64,000 nucleotides of DNA from Isurus oxyrinchus (lineage: Eukaryota): positions 1,240,001-1,304,000 of the forward strand of contig JANJGN010000101.1 of NCBI GenBank assembly GCA_026770705.1, read 5' to 3'. The position numbers and the translations under genes were made by a program. The notes under the pieces are model-generated. The model ran no database searches. It worked only from the letters and a program-made list of their open reading frames with translations, and was not told where the DNA came from. Positions 1-13,573 of the stretch are shown one piece after another (the first letter of the stretch is position 1; each line of letters begins with the position of its first letter).

Positions 1-919
1 TTAACGCGCAGCACAAAACAATGGAAACAGAAACAATTTTTTTATTGAATTTCATTGAGAGTGGAAAGTGTTACATTCCATTCCAAGTGAGAGAATTACA
101 GATTTATTATGCTCACGTTAGGTATAGGTACAGTTGCATTTTCACTGCCTCTTGCACGGATCATCACACAATCCAGTGACGCACAAGTGATCACTTGTCA
201 ACAAACAGAGAAAATGGTGGGTAGATGTCCTTTATTCTCCATGTGATTTAATCCACTTTCAAACTGAATTCTGAGCGCAGCTAAACTCACTTTGGAATCT
301 AAATAGGCATTTTCCACACAAGAACTTGAAAAAGACGTCCGCATCAAGAAATGTTAACGATAATAGATGATCTGAAATTGCTGGATGGATGGTTCGAAAT
401 ATAGATAGATAGACTGACAGCCAAACAGACAGGTACGCAGCTAGATGGGTTGACAGATAGAGAGACTGAGATACACAACATCTAGCGTAATATATACAGT
501 TTAATGCTAAATAACCTTTTCGGTGGCTCATATGATACAAACAGGGAGATGGTCTTGTATAATGTGAAGAGATGTATGCATCAGTGCAATTACTTACTCC
601 AACAGGGCCTACTGTAAAACATGAATTGAGACTAGGTCTTTTGCACTGCGATCTGAGACAGAGTCCTGTGTAATTTTAAGGAAGGCATAACCCATTCATT
701 ATGTATCAGCACCTTTCATGGTCTTAGATGCCTCGATCAAAGCCCCTCTTAACACCCTCTATTCTAAGGAAAACAATTCAAGATCTCCAAGGTCTAGTAA
801 CATTCGGATCAATCTCCTCTTCATCCTCTCTGTGACCTTCATATGCTTTATAAAACAGAGTTCCTGGAATAATTATGTACAATATACATGGAAACACAGT
901 AGGGAGTACTTTAACAAAT

Positions 920-1785
920 GTTGTTTTTAATCATTCACTAGGCTGAGGTATTTATTTCTCTCTATTCATCCAGGAGATGTGAGCGTCTCTGACACGGCCA
1001 GCATTTTCCCCCATGCTCTGCTGTCCTGGAACTGAATATCTGGCTAGACATTTTCAGAGTCGGAGGATAGTTAGGAGTGAACCACGTGCTGTGGGCCTGG
1101 AGTCACATTTAGGCTAGACTGGGGAAGGATGCATATTTACTTCACCGAATGTTCATTAGTGAACCAGATGCGTTTATAGCAATGAAAATTGTAACGATCC
1201 AGTTCCATTTCCGTTTTTTTATTCATTCATGGGATTTGTGCGTTTCCAGCTGAACCAACATTCAATAGCCAAACACAATTGCCCTTGAGAAGGTGTTAGT
1301 GAGCAAACCTCTTGTACTGCTGCAGTCCACGTGCTGTAGGGACACCCACAGTGCTTCTAGGAAGGGAGTTGTATGATTTGGACGCAAGGACGCAAGGATA
1401 GTGAAGAAACAGTGACTTTCCATTGTTGTTCCTGTGCTTTTGCTGCCCTTGTTGCCCGGAGAATTGGGGAATATTCCACCACACTCCTGACATGTGCCTT
1501 GTAGTTTGTGGACAGGTATTTGCAGAATTCCCAGCTTCCGAACGGCTCTTGTCTCAATCGCATTTAAATTCCGCCAGTTGCTGTGGTGGGATTTGAATCC
1601 ATGTCCCCAGAAGATGAGTCTGGGCCTCTGGGCTAGTGATGAGCACTTGGGAGGTCATAACACTCAAGGCTATGGGCCAAGTGCTGGTAAATGTGATTAG
1701 GTAGGTAGGTCAGGTGTTTCTCACGTGCCGGTGCAGACTCGATGGGCCGAAGGGCCTCTTCTACACTGTGATTCTGTGAATCTGT
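920..1785. mobile_element. Nested shark SINE/LINE 3'-end fragments
   Basis: 1220-1470 is reverse-complement similar to the LINE/SINE tails at 35.2-35.6 kb and 39.1-39.4 kb. 1640-1785 ends in a CR1-type tail (gatgggccgaagggcctc...attctgtg). Confidence 0.5.
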
Positions 1786-2599
1786 GGCAGAGCTGCAGCC
1801 AGGTCGTGCCTGAGTTAGGGTCCAGTGTAATGTAACCAGAGATAGGGCCTGGTATAATTTAAATGGTAAGTTGCTCCAGTGCAGTAATAACTGAAACAGA
1901 GCCTGGTTAAAATAAACTTAAACATGGTCCAGTACATTAAAAACAGGGACAAGTTCTATGAAATATAAACATAAACAATATAGCACATCAATAACTAAGA
2001 AACCGCCTTATGTAACACAAACAGATATTATATGAGGTCAAATTTCAACAACGCTTTTTGGAATTTAAACGTAGTTAATTTTATACATCTGAACTATTAA
2101 AAGTGCCCTCAGTATCAGTAATGGGAAATGTGCATCTCCCAGACTCATCAAAACACAGCTGACATATAAAGGTACGTTTCGGAAATACATTNNNNNNNNN
2201 NNNNNNNNNNNNNNNNNNNNNNNNNNNNNNNNNNNNNNNNNNNNNNNNNNNNNNNNNNNNNNNNNNNNNNNNNNNNNNNNNNNNNNNNNNNNNNNNNNNN
2301 NNNNNNNNNNNNNNNNNNNNNNNNNNNNNNNNNNNNNNNTCCCAAAGGGACTCCAGATGAAGAGCAAGGTGGTTAACTTTGAATCTCCCTCTAAACATTC
2401 TCAGTGTGCAGTCATTTTTATTAAACGGCCTCGAGAATCAGCAACCTGAGCACAGTCAGTAAAGCCAGACGGCATCAACCGAGGCACAGGCAAAGACACA
2501 GGCAGTCTAATTAACTGTATAAAATTCTCCACATGATCTCCTGTGGACATCTCCCACACTGAGAAACACGGAACGCAGGCTGGCGGAAACACAAGAAGA

Positions 2600-3385
2600 A
2601 CAACAACAAAGAACAAAGAAAAGTACAGCACAGGAACAGGCCCTTCGGCCCACCAAGCCTGCGCCCATCATATTGCCCGTCAATAAAACATTTTGCACTT
2701 CCGGGGTCTGTATCCCTCTCTTCCCATCCTCTTCATGTATTTGTCAAGCTGCCTCTTAAACATCACTATCGTACCTGCTTCCACCACCTCCTCTGGCAGT
2801 GAATTCCAGACACTCACTACACTCTGCATAAAAAACTTGCCCCGCACGTCTCCTCTATAGTTTTTCTCCTCTCACCTTAAATCTATGTCCCCTAGTAATT
2901 GAATCTCCCACCCTGGGAAAAAGCTTCTGACTATCTACTCTGTCCATGCCACTCATAATTTTGTAAATTTCTATCAAGTCGCCCCTCAATCTCAGTACCT
3001 CCAGTCAGAACAATCCGCGTTTCTCCAAACTCTCCTCATAGCTAATAACCTCCAGACCAGGCAGCATCCTGGTAAACTTCCTCTGCACCCTCTCCAATGC
3101 CTCCATATCCTTCTGGTAATGTGGAGACCAGAATTGCAAGCAGTATTCCAAGTGTAGGCTAACCAAGGTTCTATACAGCTGCAGCATGATTTCCCAGCTT
3201 TTATATTCAATACCCCTGCCAATGAAGGCAAGCTTGCCATATGCCTTCCTGACTACCTTATCCACCTTGCCACTTCCAGTGACCTGTGGACCTGTACACC
3301 CAGATCCCTCTGCCTGTCAATGCACTTAAGGGTTCTGCCATTTACTGTATAATTCCTGCCTGTATTAGCCCTTACAAACTAAACA
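2600..3385 (-). mobile_element. CR1-type LINE 3' fragment
   Basis: The minus-strand ORF reads LYRTLVSLHLEYCLQFWSPHYQKDMEALERVQRKFTRMLPGL, typical of the CR1 ORF2 C-terminus, followed by 3'UTR and tail. Confidence 0.88.
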
Positions 3386-3699
3386 CCCGCCTGACATAGT
3401 CATGCTCAATGTTAATACCTTCCCACCAATATCCCCACGCCTGATTGACCCACCAGTGATGGCGGGATATTAGTCGGGAAGGAGTGTCCCTGGGGGTCCT
3501 TCAAGATTGACTCCAGGAGTCATGAATACTCCTGGCGTCAGAACAGGCAACAATGGAAAATCTCCTTTCTAATTCGAGTTATTCCCCTACCTCAACTAAT
3601 GAATCAGCGCGTCTCCACGTTGAACACAATTCTGATGAAACCCTGAGAGCAGAAAAGGAAATGGAACTTCAATGCCCATCAGCAAGAATGGCTCGATAC

Positions 3700-5490
3700 C
3701 AATACTGACTGAGCTGGCCGAGTCATGAAAGACATATCTACCAGACCGTGCCCCTGGAAGGTGTTGAGAGAACACAAGGAGAAAACTTACTTGAGACGGC
3801 GCTCATTACTCTACCTGGCACAGATACATCGCTCCACATCAGTATTGATGAGAGTGTCCACCGTACTTTTCTTTTGGATACAAAGACCCATCTTCAGACT
3901 GAGAGGACCACCCGCGATGTTGTGTGGCATAATCATCATGCTAACTGCGATAGATTTGGAGAATATTTGGCAATTAAAACCGTGCGTCAGTGAGGCCGTT
4001 AGCTTGAGCAACATTCTCATTCCCCCACAATATGCACGTCATGGGATGTATAACCCTCACTCTACCATTAGGATGAAGCCAGGGGATCAACGGTTGTTCA
4101 GTGATGAATTTAGAGCAGTAGACCAGATGCAGCAACAAGAAGATCTAAAAATGGGGCGTCAGCCTGATCAAGCTGTAACATGGTGGAAAATTGCTGAACA
4201 AACCCAATGCGGCCCATTGACCCTCAATCATTGTACTCTCAGCCAGCAGCAACCTGATGGAAGGTGTCATTGATGGAGCAATCAAACAGCAGCTCATCAG
4301 CAACAAGCTGCTCAACAATGCCCAGTTTAGGCTTCACAAGGGCCTTTCAGTTCCCGACTACATCATGTTGTTGATCTCAACAAAGACAAACAGCTGAATC
4401 CTAATATGAGAGTGAATGCCCTTGACATCAAGGTAGCAGTTGACAGATTGTGGCATCAAGGAGCATTAGCAACATTGCAGTCAATGGCAATCAGGGGGAA
4501 ACTCATTGGAGTCATACCTAGCACAAATGAAAATGATTGCTGTTGCTGGAGGCCAAAAGCCCCACAGCAGAGCATCGCTCTCGGAGTTCCTCAGGAAAGT
4601 GTCCTAGGCCCAGCCATCCTCAGTTGCTTCATCAATGACCTTATTTCCATAATCATGTCAGAAGTCACGATGTTCACGAATGTTGGCACAATTTTCAGCA
4701 TCATTCACGATGCTTCAGATACTGAAGCAGTTCATGCCTCCATGCAGAAAAAAAAACATTTGGACAATATTAAACCTTTGGCTGATGAGTGGAAAGTGAC
4801 ATAACGTGTTACAAGTGCCAGGCAGTGACGATCTCCATCAGGAGAGAATCTAACCGTCTCCCGTTGTCATTCATTGACATTACCATCGCAGAATCCAACA
4901 CCAGCAACATTGTGGGGGCCACAGCAGTAATTTAAGTTAACTGAACCAGCAACATATATGAAGAATCTAGAAAAGGTCAGAGGCAGCACATTGTATGGCG
5001 AGCAAAGCACCTCATGTTTCTCCACAATCTGTCCACAATGTCCATGCAAATTTTAGGAAAGTAATTGAATATCTCAGCTTGCCTGGATCAGGGAAGTTCC
5101 AACAAAACACTTGCCGAGCAGGCCCGAGAAACCACATTATCTTCTCCTAATACTATTTCTTATATTCGGAAGAAGGAAGACACCATGTAGGAAAAATCGT
5201 CGCGCCTGATTGGCCACCCCATCCGGCGTTTATAAATCCATTCCCTCCAGCACCACTGCACAAATACAGCAGTGTGCACCATCTACGAAATGCACTGTGG
5301 CAAGTCGCCAACTGTTCTTTGACAGCCCGTGCAAGCCCCTGACTACTAACACCTAGAGGAACAAGTGTGACAGACCCATGGAAAGACCTATAAGTTCCCC
5401 TCAAGGCCAAACACCACAGTGGCTTGGAAATATGTTGTTATTTCTTCACCGTCGCTGGGTCACAACCCTGAAACCCCTATTTTACAGCAA
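3700..5490 (+). mobile_element. Decayed CR1/L2-clade LINE (RT remnant) with 3' tail shared with shark SINEs
   Basis: ORF 4406-4804: ALDIKVAVDRLWHQG...GVPQESVLGPAILSCFINDL (RT motifs). The 3' region resembles 35170-35645. Confidence 0.75.
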
Positions 5491-5694
5491 TGAATCATAG
5501 GGTCATTGAAATCCACAATACGGAAGAGGGACATTCGTCCCAGCGAACAAGCAGTAATCAGCCTTGTCAACTTTCCAGCTCTTGGTCTGTAACCTTTTAG
5601 GTTGTTTCACTTCAAGTTTTTACAACTCTTTCACATCATGAGTTTTAGATTCCCATCATCCTTTGGGTGAAAACATTTGCCGTGACCTATTTAC

Positions 5695-6790
5695 TCTAGA
5701 ATGAAGGGGTCCACAGTACTTTAGCCAGATTTGCTGATGATACCAAGCTGGAAAAGGAACCAGGTTCTGAGGAGGACACTAAGAGGCCACAGTGACATGT
5801 TGGTAAGCTGAGTGATTGTGCTGAAATTTGGCACATGGAATATAAGGTTGGAAAAATATGAGTTTGACTAATTTTGCCGGATAAGTCGAAAGGCAACATG
5901 TTATTGACTGCAGAATTTTTCGGTGCAGAGAGAACTGCGTGTGTTTGTACACGGATCACACAAAGCATGCGGGCACAGCAGGGAGTTAGGGAGGCAAAGA
6001 AAATAACCTAGATAAAAACAAAGAAAACTGCGGATGCTGGAAATCCAAAACAAAAACAGAATTACCTGGAAAAACTCAGCAGGTCTGGCAGCATCGAGTT
6101 CTGTCGAAGGGTCATGAGGACTCGAAACGTCAACTCTTTTCTTCTCCATCGATGCTGCCAGACCTGCTGAGTTTTTCCAGGTAATAAAGAAAATAACCTC
6201 TTTTATGCAGCATTGTGTTACCTCAGCTTCCTTTGTTAAAAAGTAAACAAACCTAACCTATCCTCCCAAATAGCAATCCTCCTGCAGTCGAGGCAATGTC
6301 GTCATAAATCTCCGCTGTAACGTTTCTAGCCCAATCAAATCTTTCATATTGTTCCTGGCCCAGGGCTGCACCAAACACTCTAACTCGGGCCTAACTATTG
6401 TTTTACACAGTTCCAGCAGGACGTCTCAACTCGTATATTCTATGCCTCGGAGAATAAAGGCAAGAATCCCATCTGTTTCTTGATCAATTTATCTACCTGA
6501 AAGGCACCTTTACGAATATCTGCATTCGATAGTCCCACTTTACTTCTCAGTGTCGTATCATTCGTGAATCAGTGGCAGTCACTATCTCAGAATGCGCTGG
6601 ATGCCGGGGTGCTGAATAAATTTAAGGAGGAGAAAGACAGATTTTTAATTAGTAATGGGTTGAAAGGTTACAGGGAGAGGATGGGAAATTGGAGTTGAGG
6701 CCGAAATGAGATCAGCCATGATCGTAATGAATAGCGGGGCAGGCTCGAGGGGCGGAATTGCCAACTCTTGCTCCTAGTTCTTATGTTTTA
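5695..6790. mobile_element. CR1 fragments interrupted by a PLE mini-element
   Basis: RT motif FADDTKL (tttgctgatgataccaagctg) near 5730, and a CR1 3' end at 6570-6790. Confidence 0.6.
6010..6185. mobile_element. 176-bp PLE-derived hairpin mini-element
   Basis: Inverted arms (attacctggaaaaactcagcaggtctggcagcatcg and its complement), with 14-bp TSD AAAGAAAATAACCT at 5996-6009 and 6186-6199. Confidence 0.85.
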
Positions 6791-8479
6791 TTTACTGTTT
6801 ATTACTTTATCTTGTTAGCTTTCCTTAAATGCACTACCTCGCAAACATCTCTAAGCCATTCTTATGTCTACCTGACTGGTCGATTTCCTGCAGTATACAG
6901 CTTTTTGCTCAATTCTTAATCACACAGCCAATTTGTGTATCATCTAAAGCCTTCTTAATCATGCTCTTTTCAGTCATGTGCAAGTAATTGATATATGCAA
7001 GAAAAGGCAAGTGTCCTATTACTAAGGCCTGGGGGATACCACTCCCGTTTACAGAAACAGCCCGTGTCATTTACCGTTTGCTTCCTGGCAATGAACCAAT
7101 TTTGGATTTACCTCGCCGCTTTGCCTTGGATCACATTGGCTTTTAATTTCAGAACCGCTCTGCCATGTAGAACCTGGTCATTTTAAAATCCATATACACT
7201 ACATCGAATGCATTGTATCCATCAGCACTCCTTATTATACCTTCAAAACATTTATGCATAATAGTCAGACTCGCCCTTCGTTTAACAAATTCTTGCTGTC
7301 CAGCTTTGCTTACTCAGTGTCATTCTAAATGTCTCATAGAATGTTCTCTTTCCAATACTATTCCCTGCTCCAAGATTATGTTCAGTGTCCTGTAATTACT
7401 CAGTCTTATACCTTTCTGCGTTTTGAACAAGGGCACAACGTTAGCTGTCCTGTCGCCCTGTCTCAGTGCCTGAAGTTGCAAAGGATTATAAAGTGGTGGT
7501 GATTCTTATGCCGAGGGTACAATTCTGGCGAGCCTTGGCATTTATGCATTTTAAAAGGTATTAAACCGCTTGATACTTTCAAAATGGTGGCAATTCGCCA
7601 TTTCTAAAGGGGAATTGGGAGTCGGTAGACATGTTTGACTTAACAACTATTCCAAATCAGTCGATAATAAATAAGTAAAACATTAGAGACTGTCTAATGT
7701 AATATAAACCATCCATGCCCATCCCTACATTACACTAGGCCCTTTTTCAGTTATCACCGCCTGAGGCAGTGCTGGTTTGGTATAATTTAGGCAAACCAAC
7801 TTGCACTGTCACCTGGTGGCCAATCATTGCCATTACTGCTATCGTGAAAATGTCGACGTTCGTACTGTTGTTGATAGAAACGTATCAACAAACAAATTTG
7901 CACTTATATTCCACTCAACGCATTTTTAATGAAAGGGAATTAAATGCTGTAAAAATAACTGATGAAGCAAATCCACCTTTGTGGATGTAACTTGCAAACA
8001 TTAGGAATAATGTGTCTTGTATGCACACACTCACAGACACAAATAGACGCAGATACATATGTTGAGGCTCAGTCACACAACCAGTAACCACGGAAAACGT
8101 GAATGTAAAGGCCCTCAGGAGAAACATTCCTTAACATTAAAACACGGTGTACAATAGACACAACAGAGATTTCCACTAATCTTTATGAACTGCAATGCGC
8201 TCTGGCTCACCTATCCTTCAATCCCTCAATCCAGTTCAAATTTCCGAGATTGTCATAAGATTCGACCAGTACTTTCAACAAAACTGTGACATAACACCGA
8301 GCAATGGGAAATTGTACACAGCTCCTGATGGCTGTGACCAAGACTAAACGTATTTTACAACAAACAAAAATCCATCTTCCCACCGAGTCAAATATATGTT
8401 CTTTAATTATTATGAGACATACTTCTCCCTTCATCCATCTGTCCATTTACCTGTCACAGAAAAAAATGCTGTATCACAA

Positions 8480-8860
8480 TAACTGACATTGGCAATAGAT
8501 TAATATAAACAAAGTGTCCAGTGCTGTCATTACAGAAAAGAGGCCTTATTTAACATGAACAGCGATAAGGACTCCTGCACTCTGAGCAGTTTAGTCCATG
8601 AATAACTATGGCAGACCCCGTCGAATATAAACAGGGAGATGACCTCATGCAATTTAAAGGTGGGCATAAAATAGTGCAGAAATAAAGGAGAAAGGGTCTA
8701 GTGTAATATAAATAAGGACATGGATGAGTGCAATATAACCAGACACATGCTTTAGTGCATCAATAATTGAAAAAGGGCCTAGTGTAAAGGATGGATGGGC
8801 ACAGAGTTTATTGCACTAATGTCCGTGACTGGACCCAGTATAATATGGACGGAGACATGG
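8480..8860 (+). repeat. Decayed 27-bp tandem array (further pieces at about 530-690, 1785-2060, 9300-9375)
   Basis: Units such as GAGAAAGGGTCTAGTGTAATATAAATA and GACACATGCTTTAGTGCATCAATAATT, the same family as at 36.4-37.7 kb. Confidence 0.65.
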
Positions 8861-9694
8861 TCAGGTTATGGCCTTGCAAACCCCTTCAGTAACTTGAACA
8901 CTTCTTTCAAAACATCTCTTAACTCTCTCTGCTCTAGGATGCTATTTCTATCGTTTTTCCACATAACGGAAGCCCCTCACCCCATTTTGATAAATCCTTC
9001 GACAGCATCTTCAGAACCCGAGAGCTCTGCGACATAGAAGGACAAGGACAGCAGGTGAATGGAAGCACCAGCAACTGCTAGTGCCGCTCCAAGTCACACA
9101 CAATATTCTGATTTGGAAATATAGATTTTTTTCCTTCGTTGGTATTGAGTCAAAACCCCAGAGCTCCCTTCCCACCTGCACTGTTTTTGGATTTGAAACA
9201 CGCACAAGGTGGCTCACCAACACATTTTCCAGGGCAATTAGGTTTAGTTAGTAAATGTCGGCCTTGACAGAAATGTCAACATCTGAGAACGAAGTAGAAC
9301 AAGCAATAACTGAGTGAAGGTGTGATGTGATATAAACATAGACATGCTTTGGAGCCGTAATAATTGAGGCAGTGTATGTATGTTTTCATGGAAGCAATCG
9401 CGCTAGCACTGCCACCTGGTGGCGAAAGATTGCCATTGCTGTTACTGTAAAATGCCTTCATCAGTTATTGTCTCTTATATTAACGCACCAAAACCAAGCT
9501 ACAATGATATACAAGATCATTACATTCTACAGGGGGTGGCGAAGGATAACAATGCAAAGGATTCCATCTGAGTGAAGCTTTGTTGCGCAAAGAAACATTA
9601 GCAAAAGGACAAAGTGGTTCAAATCCTGTTAATTTATATTAATGTACATTTATTGGCGTTAATTGAAGGGAGGACTTTTGATCAGGGAACATTT

Positions 9695-9830
9695 ATGTGT
9701 GTGTGTGTGTGTGTACGTCTCTGTGTGCGTGTGTCTGTGAGTGTGTATGTGCGCATATGTGTACGTCTCTGTTTGTCTGCCTGTATCTCTGTGTGTCTGC
9801 TTGTTCACTTATGTGCCTGTGCGTTTGTCT
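9695..9830. repeat. (GT)n-rich microsatellite
   Basis: Directly visible. Confidence 0.9.
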
Positions 9831-10854
9831 AAACACATCATTCTTAATGTTTCTATGCGAATTCTGCAAAGGTAAATGATTATGTTTTCCAGATATGTTT
9901 CTATATTTTATTCTCTTTGATTAAAAATATAATTTTAGGTCCTGTAATATCCTTAATGTGCATTGATTATCCATTTATTTTGTTCTCATATTTAGATCGC
10001 ATTGTCCCACCGATCCGTTACCAAGGCAATGTCTGTCCTCAGAAATCATTTGTGAAAAGTGATTAAATCGGAGCATGCATAACGTGTATGAACACATTGT
10101 TCTTTGTGACAGATTGTTAGTTGATCAAAAGCGCATCTCACGGGACCTTGTATTGATTTCTGCATGTTGCAGTAAAAGTGAGAATCTCACTATCCGTGAC
10201 CTGAGATTAATAAAACATTTCCTTCAGTCAGAAAGAAATCGAATTATATCCAACAACCATTTGCAACTATATAGCCCCTTTAATGTCGTAAATCGCTGCA
10301 CGTTGATTCACCAGACCACTAACAGGCCAAGTCTGACACCGAGTCACGTAAGGAGACACAAGGGTGGATGACCATACATTAGGTCAACGACGTAACTTTT
10401 AGTGAGGATAGTAAAGGAGGAGAGAGGGAGAAGGGGTTTATGAGTGAATTCCATGGCTTAGGGCCAAGGCAGTTGGCAACAAGTGATAAAATTCACGGAT
10501 ACAAAAGATGTGAGAATTCGAGGAGGGAAGGGGGAGGATTGTGAGGCTGAAGGAGCTGATAGGGATGGAAGTGGTGGTTGTAAGGTCGGGGGAGAGGTGG
10601 TGGAGGCCATGGAGGAAGTTTAAACAATTGTGATAATTTTATTACTGATGCATTCCTTAACTGAGAACCGCTGTGAATCAGGGAGAATAGGGTTGATGGG
10701 CCAACTAGACATTTGTGCATTAAGATATGGGCAAGAGCATTTATCTTGAGCTCCTATTTATGGAAGGTGGACTCTGGGGGGATGGTCAGGAAACCATTGG
10801 AATATTCAGGTCTAGAAGTGACAAAGAGTTCGATGGGAGTTTTAATCCACTGCC

Positions 10855-11440
10855 TATGTCATGTAGACCCAGAAACAGGGAATAATTAATTGGGTTTCTG
10901 CTCCTATGTCTGTCGGTGTCATATAGGACCAGTAACAAATAATCATTCCTAGGGTTTGTGCTCGCATGACTGCCTGTATCAAATAGGCCCAGCATCTGGA
11001 GATAATGCCCAGGGCTTGTGATTCAATGTGTGTCTGTGTGACTTGGGACCAGCACCTGGGAATCATTAATATGACGTGTGATTCAAGGGCACTTCGTATC
11101 AGATAATCCCTGCACCTATTAGCAATATCCAGGTTTTGAACAACTAAACGGTCATACATCAGCAAATCCAGGTTCTGGGGACAATTCCCAACGTTTATGT
11201 TCTCTGATGAGTCTGCTGGGCCCAGGTGCTTGATACTAACCCCTGGATTTATGCTCCTTGATGCTTCTAATATCCCCCAGTCTCTAGGAATCACATTCAG
11301 GATTTGTGCTCCCTGGAGCGTCAGATGGTTTCTGTCACAATTGCCTCATGATCTGAGAATCTTTCCCAGGATTCATACCCCGGTACTTCAGAGAGGATAC
11401 AGGTTCTGGGAAGCAATCTCAAGGTATGAATTCATTCGAA
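10855..11440. repeat. Degenerate ~60-bp tandem array
   Basis: The CCAG and GGGTTTGTG-like motifs align in the same columns of six consecutive 60-nt lines (10861-11220). Shorter units of about 54 nt follow. Confidence 0.7.
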
Positions 11441-13303
11441 ATGAACGTCCATATACCCAATGGAGATGAACCTGAACTGTTTGGAAACATTGTTGCTGGG
11501 CAGATCTGTGTATAAATAGGTTCCTTTGCTAACAGCTGGGTTCTTGTTGCCTTGCTCTATTTGATCTGCGGGCAGGAAACTGGTTGTTGAAGTTTCTGCA
11601 CAGCAGCCACAGATGTTTCCTGTAAATTGAAATGTAAATATTCTCTCCTCCCTGATGGTGGAATGCTGGATTCCTGTCACTGCCTGTTGGGCAGAGATAT
11701 GGGATGAACGTGTTGTTCAACAAACTGGGAATAACTTTAGCAGCAAATGAAACGTTAGGCAATCTTAGTCTAAATTGCATTTCTTATGAGATGATATTAA
11801 GGAAACTGCGTTTTGTGTATGGCAGGTGCAGAACAGACTAAATGCGGCAAGAACAGTACAATGAATTCGGGATTTTAATTAATTAAGGCCAATTTGATTC
11901 TAATAATTGCGAAGTTCTTTCACAATCCTGTAACATGGAATGCCAGCTGAGCTGGTATCACACAGATATAAATAACACATTAACTACTCTGATACTAATG
12001 TTTGATTCATTTAACAATTTTGTAATTTTACCCAATGGTCTGAAGACGGTGGAGTCACAATCCCAATCTGGAGACTGGGAACTCATATTATTCACTGAAC
12101 TGTTAGTACAATTGTAATGGCAGGCTTTATATTTTCATATGTAACCCGTTGGCACATTTGGTCTTGGCACCTGAAAAGCTGAGCACAACTGGCTTGATAT
12201 CACCATAAATTCAATGATTTCTCATCCTTGGTGCAAATTAACAACATCAAAAAAAAATCAAACTCGTGATGCCCCAAATCTCTGAATATAATTTATGATT
12301 TAGTGGGGTCACCCAGATCGATATTGTTTTATCTGCATTGCTAAATATTTCCCAATGGTTTGTGGGATAAATCTGTCACATCAATTAGAAAGATAGACAT
12401 GGTGATTTAATTCTTAACTAAACAGGGGTTCAGCTGCACTGTGCAGCGTCATCACACACACATTCCTCGGTGCAAATCTCAACTTCTCCCATTTAGAATC
12501 ATTCACTGTGAAATGAAAGAACAATATTCACACTGGTGACCAGAAATCCAGTGGAAAATTGATTCACGGAGGATTGTTTTAAAGTGAAGTTTCACATTTC
12601 ACGATGGATTATATCTGAAATTAAGTGACATTATTCCGAAACTGTCGATGTCCTGGGACAAATATAATAGCTTTCTCTGAGCAAATATCAGTAACATTTG
12701 TATCTTTTATCACACAGATAGGGGAACATGGAAATAAATAAGACATACATTTAACCAGTGCATTTCACAACCACAGGATACCTTAAAGCGCTTTATAGGC
12801 AATGAAGATTTGTTTGTTTATTTATAAACCTATAATCACCATTGTATTGCAAGGAAAGACAACCGTGAATTTACGTATAGGAGGATCCAACAAACTGCGC
12901 TGTGATAAATCACTAGATAAGCTGATTTTGGGATGTTGGCTGAACGAGAAATATTGGCCCCAGGGGATCTCTCCCTTCATCTTCGGAATAATTCCATGGG
13001 TGTGTTTAGGTCCTTCTGAGAGCAATTGGACACTGAGCACATGTGAGGTGTTTATTGGGAATGTAAAGATTCGCACTGAATCAATTTAAACCTGCTTTGG
13101 AGAGAGAGTATCACATCCCAAAGGATAAACAGACAATCAAAAAGATACATTTGTGGAACACGGAATATTAATGGTTAATAATTGTTTATACAGCTGGACT
13201 CAGACAGGAAAAAGGAGGAGGAGCCAGGCTGTTAACTGGGGGAGGAGAGTGACTCCCATTCTCCAGCTCTGTCTCTCTCTCTCTCTTATTTGACTCTAGC
13301 TGG

Positions 13304-13311
13304 TATAAATA
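13304..13311 (+). promoter_or_regulatory. TATA box of VH promoter
   Basis: TATAAATA lies 98 nt upstream of the leader ATG (13402), with E-box CAGGTG at 13344-13349. No ATGCAAAT octamer was seen proximally, as expected for shark IgH promoters. Confidence 0.6.
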
Positions 13312-13401
13312 GCGGGACGGTTCAGCTCCTTGTTCACAATCCGCAGGTGTCACTGCGACGGAGAGTCACGCTCCCAAGTCAGTTATACCCAGAGACTGAG
13401 G

Positions 13402-13447
13402 ATGGGATTTGCGCTGTGCCTTTGCTTCTTCTTGGCTTACTTCACCT
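13402..13447 (+). CDS. IgH leader (signal peptide) exon 1, MGFALCLCFFLAYFT
   Basis: ATG at 13402, then 15 hydrophobic codons plus 1 nt, with donor GTGAAT at 13448. A 126-nt intron runs to the AG at 13572-13573. Confidence 0.88.
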
Positions 13448-13573
13448 GTGAATATCCCTGACTGTATAAGTGATACAACAGAAGTCTGCTTCTTTTCTGA
13501 TATCGCGTTGCTATTTCCATTCACTGATTTGATTGGTATCTAATGTAATTACATTTTTTCCATTCGCTAACAG

